A stretch of 64,000 nucleotides of DNA from Planctomycetota bacterium (lineage in GTDB: Bacteria > Planctomycetota > B15-G4 > SIAN01): positions 256,001 to 320,000 of the forward strand of contig JANNXA010000051.1 in the NCBI GenBank assembly GCA_031409275.1. The letters are read 5' to 3'. The translations under genes and the position numbers were made by a program. Under the pieces are notes generated by a model that was not told the DNA's origin, searched no databases, and saw only the letters and a list, made by a program, of their open reading frames with translations. Shown piece by piece: positions 8,880 through 16,124 of this stretch (the stretch's first letter is position 1; each line of letters starts with the position of its first letter).

Positions 8880-11457
8880 GCCGGCGCGCTCCTTCACCGC
8901 CGCGCTCGGGATCGGGGTGGGCATCGCCACCGTCGTCTCGGTGCAGGTGATCGATCACAACACGATCCTCACGCAGCAGATCCGCTCGCAGGTCGCGGTG
9001 CTCGGTCATCCCGACGTCGAGATCAAGCCGCATACGACCGGCCTGCCGGACGGCGGCGTCGCGCCGATCGAACTGGCCGCCGATCCCGACCTCGCCGCCT
9101 TCTGCGGCGTCTTCTACGGCCACGCCGAGCGCAACCTGCCGCAGCCGCCCGCAGGCACTCCGCCCGACGCCGACGCGTCCCGCTTCGGCGCCGACGTCAC
9201 CACGCTCGCCATCGGCCCGCTCGCGGCCGACCGCTTCGACGCCTACTCGATCGAATCGGGCCGCGACTTCAGCGCGACCGACGCGCGCGAGTTGCTGGTG
9301 CCGGCCGGTTTCGCCGCGTCGCTGCGCCTCGCGATCGGCGATGTCGTCACGCTGCAAAGCGCGGTGCCGGTGCGCCAGGGCTGCCGCGACGGCAAGGTCG
9401 TCACGCTGCGGCCGGCGCGCGAGCAGGCGACGCCGGGCGCGCCGCTCGACTTCACCGTGGTCGGACTGCTCGCGCCGGGCAACGTCGGCTCGCAGCCGCT
9501 GCTGGTGCTGCCGTTCGAGAGCGCCGCGACGCTCTACACCGGCACTCCCGTGCAGCCCACCTACTGGGGGCGGTTGCGCGACGGCGCGGTCTGGCAGGAC
9601 CTCGCGCAACGGCTGAAGGAGCGCTACGTCGTCGAGAAGCCGAAGGGGGCGATGATCGGCGAACGGATCGATCAGAAGGCGTTCCGCAAGTCGCTCGGCA
9701 TCACCAGCTGCCTCGCGCTGCTGCTCGGGCTGTTCGTCATCTACAACGCCTTCTCGATGGCGCTGGTCGAGCGCGTCCGCGAGATCGGCCTGCTGCGCGC
9801 GCTCGGGCTGACGCGCGGCGAGATCGCGCGCGCGGTGCTGCTCGAAGGGTTGCTGCTCGCGATCGGCGGCGCGCTGCTGGGCGCGATCCTGTCGGTGCTG
9901 CTGGTCGGTCTGATGAACGCGCTCAACATCACCACGCTCGGCGCCAACAAACCGCTGCAGATCCTCGAGATCCCGTGGCCGATGGTGCTCGGCGTGACCG
10001 CGCTCGGGATGCTCTTCGCGCTGTTCGGAATGGCGACGCCGCTGCTCCGCGCGCGCCACCTCTCCGTGCTCGAGGCGCTGCGAGCGGGACGCCTGGCGCT
10101 GCGCGCCGACCCGGGCTTCCAGCTGCGCGTCGGCCTGATGCTGGGCACGCCGCTCCTGATCCCGCTCTTCTTCGCGCTGGTCACGCCGCCGCTCGGCGAA
10201 CGGCAGGCGCAGGTCCATGGACTCATCCTCGAACTCGCGGGAGTCGTGGCGGCGTTCTTCCTGCTACTGCTCGCGGCGCCGGGGCTGGTCCACGGTCTGG
10301 TCGGCCTGGTGCTGCGCCCGCTGCGCCTCGCGCTGCCCATCGAAGCGCGGCTCGCGGCCGCCGCCGTCCGCGGAGCGCGCCAACGGGTGCTTGGCACCAT
10401 CACCGGACTCGCGGTCGTGGTCGCGGCGGTCTTCGTGGTTCGCGCGGTGAACGACGGCTTCCTCGACGAGATCGGCCGCTTCTCCGATCGCGCGCTGGCC
10501 GACCGCGTCTACGTGCGCACGCGTCCGCTTTCGCGCGAGCGGGCGCGCGAACTCCTCGCGCTGCCCGACGTCGATCGCATCGACTGCCTCTCCGCGGAGG
10601 TGCTGGTCCCCTTCCCGCTGCGCGGGCTCCCCGCCAGCGCGCTTGAAGCCGAAGCGAAGCGCCTCCACCTCGCCCCCGCCGTCGTCGCCGAGTTCACCCG
10701 CGGCGAAGCGCTCCTCCTTTCGACGTTCCTCGCCGAGCAGATGGGGTGGCGCGCCGGCGACCTGGTGAACGTGCCGACCTTCGATGGCCCGCAGTCGTTT
10801 CGCGTGGCGGCGATCAGCGACGAGCTGGGCTACTGGCCCGACGATCGCCGCTTCGCGCTGATCGAGAGCGGTCGCCTCGACGCGCTCTTCTGCGTCGATG
10901 ACGAGCAGGGCAAGCAGTTCGCGCTCACGCTCAAGCCGGGCAGCGACGGCGGCAAGGTCGAGCGCGAACTGGCGCTGCGCCTCCCCGACTCGCCCGACCG
11001 GCAGATCCGCTCGGCGGCGACACTGAAGCGCTTCTACCTCGCCGATGGGCGGCGCGACTTCTACGTCTTCGACGTGATCCTCTGGAGCACCGCCGCGCTC
11101 GCCGCGGTCGGGCTGCTCAACTCGCTCACCATCGCGCTGCTCGAACGGCAACGCGAGATCGGCCTGCTGCGGACGCTCGGACTTACTGCTCGCCAGGTGG
11201 GGCGCATGCTGCTCGCGGAAGCGCTGGCGATGGGCGTGGTCGGCGGCGTCCTCGCGGCGCTGCTCGCCGCGCCGGTGAGCAAAGTCGTGCTCGATGCGGT
11301 GCGCGTCATCAGCCGGCTCGACCTGCGCTACTGGGTGACGCCGGCGCGGCTGCTCGCGCCATGCGGCGCCGCCATCGTCATCGCGCTGTTGGCGGCGTGG
11401 TGGCCGGCGCGCCGTGGCGGCCGCATCGCGCATGGCGCGCTCAACCGCCACGAATGA
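8836..11457 (+). CDS. FtsX/MacB-like ABC permease with two FtsX domains
   Basis: Two 'ERxREIGLLRxLG' motifs and two periplasmic domains. Start may be ATG 8851. Confidence 0.88.
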   Translation: MNITSMLAWRSLASRPARSFTAALGIGVGIATVVSVQVIDHNTILTQQIRSQVAVLGHPDVEIKPHTTGLPDGGVAPIELAADPDLAAFCGVFYGHAERNLPQPPAGTPPDADASRFGADVTTLAIGPLAADRFDAYSIESGRDFSATDARELLVPAGFAASLRLAIGDVVTLQSAVPVRQGCRDGKVVTLRPAREQATPGAPLDFTVVGLLAPGNVGSQPLLVLPFESAATLYTGTPVQPTYWGRLRDGAVWQDLAQRLKERYVVEKPKGAMIGERIDQKAFRKSLGITSCLALLLGLFVIYNAFSMALVERVREIGLLRALGLTRGEIARAVLLEGLLLAIGGALLGAILSVLLVGLMNALNITTLGANKPLQILEIPWPMVLGVTALGMLFALFGMATPLLRARHLSVLEALRAGRLALRADPGFQLRVGLMLGTPLLIPLFFALVTPPLGERQAQVHGLILELAGVVAAFFLLLLAAPGLVHGLVGLVLRPLRLALPIEARLAAAAVRGARQRVLGTITGLAVVVAAVFVVRAVNDGFLDEIGRFSDRALADRVYVRTRPLSRERARELLALPDVDRIDCLSAEVLVPFPLRGLPASALEAEAKRLHLAPAVVAEFTRGEALLLSTFLAEQMGWRAGDLVNVPTFDGPQSFRVAAISDELGYWPDDRRFALIESGRLDALFCVDDEQGKQFALTLKPGSDGGKVERELALRLPDSPDRQIRSAATLKRFYLADGRRDFYVFDVILWSTAALAAVGLLNSLTIALLERQREIGLLRTLGLTARQVGRMLLAEALAMGVVGGVLAALLAAPVSKVVLDAVRVISRLDLRYWVTPARLLAPCGAAIVIALLAAWWPARRGGRIAHGALNRHE

Positions 11458-11466
11458 CCGTCGAGC

Positions 11467-12393
11467 TCAGCTCGATGCGATGCGGCCCGCGCGCTGCACC
11501 GTGACGACGCCCAGCAGCACCAGTCCCATGCCGATGAAGAAGGGCCAGCCGAGCGGTGCTGCCACCGCCGCGCCAAGCCACGCCGGCCCCACCACGGCGA
11601 GCGTCGACTGGAGCAGCGCGGTGGCGGGCGGCTGCGCGTTCATGCAGACGGCGACCTGCACCGGATGGAGGTGCTTCAGCAGCTGGCTCCACAGCAGGTT
11701 CATCGTGACGCTGGTGATCACCACCATGTAGGCGAGTCCGAGCCACGCCGTTCCCGGAACGCTCGCCCACACCGTCTGCTTCAGCGCGAGGCCGCCGATG
11801 GGCATGGTCGCCAACGCGCCGAGGATCAGCGTCCACGCAGTGATGGTGCGCGGATCGTGATGGCGCGACAGCGCGCGCGTGGCCACGGTGCAGAAGACCC
11901 AAGCGGCCACTGCGGCCAGCAACAGCAGATCGCCCTGGCGCACCTTGGCCGCCGCCTCACCTTTGGTCCACGGTTCGAGCACCACCACCGCGCCCGCCAG
12001 CGCGACCAGCACCCCCAGCAACTTGGCGCGCACCGGCAGGCGCCGCTCGAGCCCACTGGTCAGCAACAGCACGCCCAGCGGCGTCAACGCATAGAGGAGC
12101 GCGCCGTGGCTCGGGACGCTGGCCTTCAGCCCGCGCAAGAAGAGGTACTGGTTGATCGGCACGTGGAGGACGCCGAGCCCGAAGAGCTTGGCCCACGTCG
12201 GCCCGTCGAAATTCGGTTTCGGGATCAAGGTGCCGGTCAGCGCCAGCAGCACGAACGTGGTGCCGAGCGCGCGGGCGAGCGTCAGTGCTTCCGGCGAGCG
12301 GAAGCCATCGGCGGCGAGCTTGCTCAGCACGTAGGTGCCGGCGGCGCAGGCGACGTGGGTCGCCATCAGGACGAACTGGGTGGAGCGTTTCAT
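11467..12393 (-). CDS. DMT/EamA-family transporter
   Basis: About 10 TM segments in two repeats ('LYALTPL', 'GDLLLLAAVAAW', 'MNAQPP'). Start at MKRSTQF. Confidence 0.85.
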   Translation of the reverse strand: MKRSTQFVLMATHVACAAGTYVLSKLAADGFRSPEALTLARALGTTFVLLALTGTLIPKPNFDGPTWAKLFGLGVLHVPINQYLFLRGLKASVPSHGALLYALTPLGVLLLTSGLERRLPVRAKLLGVLVALAGAVVVLEPWTKGEAAAKVRQGDLLLLAAVAAWVFCTVATRALSRHHDPRTITAWTLILGALATMPIGGLALKQTVWASVPGTAWLGLAYMVVITSVTMNLLWSQLLKHLHPVQVAVCMNAQPPATALLQSTLAVVGPAWLGAAVAAPLGWPFFIGMGLVLLGVVTVQRAGRIASS

Positions 12394-12407
12394 GAAGGGG
12401 CGCGATC

Positions 12408-13202
12408 CTACGCCTGCAGTCCGTCGAGTTCGCGCTCGCTGAAGCCCGCGGCGAGGCGGCCGGCGCGATCGAGCGGCGCGGCGGCGGCGCGGCGCGGTCG
12501 CAACGGCCGCGCGAGCGCGAGGAAGTGCGTCTCGGCATCGAGCCCGCGCCGCGCGCAGGCGTGGCGATGCCAGCGGGTGCCGATCGCCACGTGGCCGATC
12601 TCGTCGCGGTAGATGCGATCGAGCAGCGTGGCCGACTCCGCATCGCCGGCCGCGCGCAGCTCGAGACGCAGCTTCGCCGAAACGTCGAGCCCCTTCGCCT
12701 CCAGGACGCGCGGCACGATCGCGAGGCGGTCGACCAGCTCCGGAAAGCGCGTCGCCGTCTCCCACAGCCCGAGGTGCAGCGGCTCCTCGCCGAGCTCGCC
12801 GCCGAGCTCGCGCAGCCGCCCCAGCAGCAGACGGGCGTGAAGCGCCTCCTCGCCCGCGATGCGCAGCATGTCGCGGTAGTAGTCGCGCTCCTCGCCAGGG
12901 AACTCGCCCACCGCCAGCAACGCGAGTTCGATCGCGCACAGCTCGATGTGGGCGACCGAATGGAGCAGCGAGCGGCGCCCGCGAGGATCGCGCAGATCGG
13001 CGCGACGGCGCGTGCTCAACGACCCGGTGACCACGACTTGCGGTGGACGCGCCGGACGCTGCGATGGGCCGCGCTCGAACGCGGGATCGAGCGCGCCGAC
13101 GCGAGCCGCGGAGCACAGCGCGTCCGCGGCCGCGATCTTGCGCTCGAGGTCCGGTTCGGCGAGGACGGCGGCGACGTCGGCGGCGAGACCGGTCGCGCTC
13201 AT
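12408..13202 (-). CDS. Ferritin-like di-iron protein, DUF455 family
   Basis: 'LHSVAHIELCAIEL', 'EEALH', 'VPRVLEAKGLD', 'IYRDEIGHVAIG' ExxH motifs. ATGA-coupled to the upstream ADH. Confidence 0.85.
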   Translation of the reverse strand: MSATGLAADVAAVLAEPDLERKIAAADALCSAARVGALDPAFERGPSQRPARPPQVVVTGSLSTRRRADLRDPRGRRSLLHSVAHIELCAIELALLAVGEFPGEERDYYRDMLRIAGEEALHARLLLGRLRELGGELGEEPLHLGLWETATRFPELVDRLAIVPRVLEAKGLDVSAKLRLELRAAGDAESATLLDRIYRDEIGHVAIGTRWHRHACARRGLDAETHFLALARPLRPRRAAAAPLDRAGRLAAGFSERELDGLQA

Positions 13203-14197
13203 GCGAGCGGGGTGCTTGCGTGACTCGACGAGACGTCGATGACGACCTTCAAGATTCCAGGCTGCGCCGCATGGGCAAGCGCCGCCGCGGCCTCCGCCAG
13301 CGGATAACGCGCGACGATCAGCGCGGTCGGGTCGACGAAGCCCTCGCGCATGGCGGCGAGCGCCGGGCCGAAGGCGCCGCAGCGCGAGCCGATCAGCGTG
13401 ATCTCGTCGACCACGAGGGCCGCGAGCGAGAGCGTGGACGCCGTTTCGGTGGTGGTCTTCAGGACCAGCGTGCCGCGTGGCGCGACGCGCGCGAGCGCGT
13501 GGCCGACGACGTCGGCGCGGCCGCTCGCTTCGACCACCAGCTCGTGGCGCGCGTGCGGCGAACGGGCGAACGGCGTGGTGCCGTCGACGAGCGGCTCGCC
13601 CAGATGGAGCGCGCCCGTCGGCAGCAGCGGCGCCCGCTCGGGATGGCGGCCCGCCACCAGCACGGCGACGCCATGCAACGCGAGCGCGTGCGCGCAGAGG
13701 ATCCCGAGCCGACCGTCCCCCACCACCAGCGCGCTGCGCACGCTGCCGAGGTCGACCTGATCCGCGATGGCGAAGGCGGCCGCGAGCGGCTCGGTGAAGA
13801 GCGCCGCGTCGTCGCTGATCTCGGGCGGAAGCGGGTGGAGGTTCGAGGTCGGGAGCGACAGCTGCTCGGCGAAGGCGCCCGCGCGGCCGAGGATTCCCAG
13901 GACCGTGCGAGTCGCGCAATGACGCTCGCGACCGTTGCGACAGCGATCGCAGCGCCCGCAACTCGCGTTGATCTCGCCGACCACGCGTTGGCCGGCGAGC
14001 GGCCCATCCAGCGCCACGCCGACGAACTCGTGGCCCGGCACGCCAGCGAATCCCATGTAGCCGCGCAGCAGCGCGAGGTCGGTGGCGCAGATGCCGGCGG
14101 CGCGCACCGCCACGCGCGTCTCGTTCGCGACGGAGGCGGGTCGCTCGACGTCGTCGCGCACCGTCGCCCGGCCGCCGCCGATCACCAGCGCGCGCAT
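13199..14197 (-). CDS. Zn-dependent alcohol dehydrogenase-like (MDR) protein
   Basis: GICATD, GHEFVG, CxxCxxC-x7-C structural Zn site, EPLAAA, GDGRLG, GSRCG. Confidence 0.9.
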   Translation of the reverse strand: MRALVIGGGRATVRDDVERPASVANETRVAVRAAGICATDLALLRGYMGFAGVPGHEFVGVALDGPLAGQRVVGEINASCGRCDRCRNGRERHCATRTVLGILGRAGAFAEQLSLPTSNLHPLPPEISDDAALFTEPLAAAFAIADQVDLGSVRSALVVGDGRLGILCAHALALHGVAVLVAGRHPERAPLLPTGALHLGEPLVDGTTPFARSPHARHELVVEASGRADVVGHALARVAPRGTLVLKTTTETASTLSLAALVVDEITLIGSRCGAFGPALAAMREGFVDPTALIVARYPLAEAAAALAHAAQPGILKVVIDVSSSHASTPLA

Positions 14198-14210
14198 CGC
14201 GCCGATCCGC

Positions 14211-14441
14211 TCAGCGACCGACAGCCTTGAGCAGCGCCTTCGGGTCGTAGCCGACCATCACCTTGCCGTCGACGACGATGGTCGGAGTGCTCATCGAGCC
14301 GAGTTCGAGCAGCTGCTCCTGCACGCCGTCGTCGGCGACGTTGCGCGACTCGAACGGCACGCCCACCTTCTTCAGCAGCTCCATCGCGGCGTGGCACGGA
14401 CCGCAGCCGGGCGACGTGTAGACGATCACTGAATTGGCCAT
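14211..14441 (-). CDS. Glutaredoxin/NrdH-like redoxin (CGPC), copy 3
   Basis: MANSVIVYTSPGCGPCHAAM..STPTIVVDG. Strong SD AAAGGAGG 4 nt upstream of ATG 14441. Confidence 0.9.
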   Translation of the reverse strand: MANSVIVYTSPGCGPCHAAMELLKKVGVPFESRNVADDGVQEQLLELGSMSTPTIVVDGKVMVGYDPKALLKAVGR

Positions 14442-14469
14442 GGTGCCTCCTTTGACGACGGATGCGCGC

Positions 14470-14703
14470 TCAGCCCTTGACGAGCTGAAGCAGGCGCTGC
14501 GGATTGAAGCCAACCATCATCTGTCCGTCGACGAGAATCGTCGGCGTGCTGCTCGATCCGAGCGCGGCGAGCTCCTCGCCCGCCTGCTCATCGCTCGCGA
14601 CGTCCTTGGCGATGAACGGGATCTTCTGCGCCGTCAGGAACTCCATGGCGCGATGGCACGGCGGGCAACCGGGCTGGTGGTAGACGACGATCTTCTTGTT
14701 CAC
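14470..14703 (-). CDS. Glutaredoxin/NrdH-like redoxin (CPPC), copy 2
   Basis: VVYHQPGCPPCHRAMEFL..STPTILVDG. SD GAGGAG upstream of GTG. Confidence 0.92.
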   Translation of the reverse strand: MNKKIVVYHQPGCPPCHRAMEFLTAQKIPFIAKDVASDEQAGEELAALGSSSTPTILVDGQMMVGFNPQRLLQLVKG

Positions 14704-14709
14704 AGGGGT

Positions 14710-14801
14710 CTCCTCGATGAGCTCCTGCGGAGGAGCCAGGAATGAACGAGCGGGGCGGCAACCATTGCGATGGTCGCAGCACCCCGCTCTCCCTGCGAGG
14801 G
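14710..14801 (-). promoter_or_regulatory. Structured intergenic RNA between the Sec and Cys redoxin genes (possible attenuator or translational switch)
   Basis: Hairpins CCCU-CGC-AGGG (14791-14801), an 18-bp stem with a 2-nt bulge and CGCA loop (14748-14789), and GCUCCU-CCGC-AGGAGC (14721-14736). The CUCCUC of the last is also complementary to the SD GAGGAG (14710-14715). Confidence 0.45.
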
Positions 14802-14812
14802 GATCCCGTCGA

Positions 14813-15046
14813 TCAGCTCTTGGCGAGCTGGAGCAGCCGCTGCGGGTTGAAACCCACCAGCATCTGCCCGTCGATCACGATGGTCGGCGTGCTCATCGAC
14901 CCGAGGGCCATCAGCTCTTCCGCCGCCTTCTCGTCGACCGTCACGTCCTTCTCGACGAACGGGATGTTCTGCTGCGATAGAAACTCCATCGCGCGGTGGC
15001 ACGGGGGTCAGCCAGGCTGGTGGTAGACGACGATGTTCTTCGCCAT
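14813..15046 (-). CDS. Selenocysteine-containing glutaredoxin/NrdH-like redoxin (U-P-P-C), copy 1; not in the ORF track
   Basis: Translates MAKNIVVYHQPG-U(TGA 15010-15008)-PPCHRAMEFLSQQNIPFVEKDVTVDEKAAEELMALGSMSTPTIVIDGQMLVGFNPQRLLQLAKS. It is 58/77 identical by hand alignment to copy 2, with TGA exactly at the N-terminal Cys, and has a downstream SECIS-like hairpin. Confidence 0.9.
14974..14992 (-). promoter_or_regulatory. Bacterial SECIS-like hairpin of the seleno-glutaredoxin
   Basis: GCGAUGG-AGUUU-CUAUCGC is a 7-bp stem starting 16 nt after UGA. It depends on AT-ending codons TTT and CTA, whereas the Cys paralog uses TTC CTG and lacks the stem. Confidence 0.75.
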
Positions 15047-15252
15047 GACGGCGGGGGCCTCGATGTTGGATTGCGAACGGGCCCCTCGCTCGCACGATGC
15101 GGGCGGCGGCCACTGGAGGGCGAGCACGATAGCGCCGACGCCATGCCGTCGGATCGCAAGGGCTGCTCTCCCGGGGATCCATGCCGCAGGTCGGTCGGCG
15201 GTTTCGAAGCGCCACTTGCCCGGGGCGCTGGGCCGACGTCAGATGCGCCGCG

Positions 15253-16083
15253 ATGGCGAAGCGGCGCAGATGGCGGTTCCTCTTCGGAAGCTTGCTGGCG
15301 GGGACCCTGCTCTTCGCGTGGGCGCGCCACTTCGAGCCGTCGTGGCTCGAGGTCACCCACCACCAGATCGCGCTCGCGATCGACCGCCCGCTCAAGCTCG
15401 CGCACCTCACCGACGTCCACACCAACGGCTTCTGGCGCAAGGAACGCAAGGTCGACGCGCGCCTCGCGCAGGAGCTCCCCGACGTCATCGTCCTCACCGG
15501 CGACACGCTGCATCAGGGCGGCGTGTTCGAGGAGTGCCGGCCGTTCCTGTCGCGCCTGCACGCGCCGCTCGGCGTCTACATGGTGAGCGGCAACTGGGAG
15601 ACGGCCTGCAAGGACCGGCTCCCGCGCGGAATGGACCTGCGCGCCTTCCTCGCGAGCTGCGGCGTCACCCTGCTGCGCAACGAGAGCATCGAGCTCGTGC
15701 CCGGCCTCTGGCTGATCGGGCTCGACGACTACGTCTGGGGCGTGCCCGACCTCGTGCGCGCCACGGCAACGATCCCGATCGACGCCGCGCGCATCGCTCT
15801 GATCCACGAACCCGGCTTCTTCGATGAGCCGATCGCGTCGGCCTCCGCGCGCTACGACCTGCTGCTCGCCGGTCACACGCACGGCGGACAGGTGCGCCTG
15901 CCGTTCGTGCCGCCGCTCTACCTGCCGGCCGGCTGCAGCCATTACCTCGAAGGCTTCTACGAACAGCCCGGCGCGCGCCTCTACGTGAGCCGAGGCATCG
16001 GCATGTCGGGCGCGAAGTTCCGTTTCCTCTGCCGACCCGAACTGGCGATCTTCGAGCTCGTCCCGCGCGACGCGCCGCGCTGA
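15253..16083 (+). CDS. Metallophosphoesterase (YkuE/YaeI-like)
   Basis: TDVH, TGD, GNWE (variant of GNHE), LIHEP, AGHTHGGQ, VSRGIG, CRPE motifs. N-terminal TM segment. Confidence 0.9.
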   Translation: MAKRRRWRFLFGSLLAGTLLFAWARHFEPSWLEVTHHQIALAIDRPLKLAHLTDVHTNGFWRKERKVDARLAQELPDVIVLTGDTLHQGGVFEECRPFLSRLHAPLGVYMVSGNWETACKDRLPRGMDLRAFLASCGVTLLRNESIELVPGLWLIGLDDYVWGVPDLVRATATIPIDAARIALIHEPGFFDEPIASASARYDLLLAGHTHGGQVRLPFVPPLYLPAGCSHYLEGFYEQPGARLYVSRGIGMSGAKFRFLCRPELAIFELVPRDAPR

Positions 16084-16124
16084 GCGCGCCGAAAGCGGGC
16101 CGCGCATGGTCGACCCGTGGCCGT

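Noticed and set aside
14813..15046. Interpretation as a nonsense-mutated pseudogene of the adjacent glutaredoxin
   Set aside because: The TGA falls exactly on the catalytic Cys, the rest of the frame is intact with conservative changes, a SECIS-like hairpin is present, and a second independent Sec gene exists in the window.
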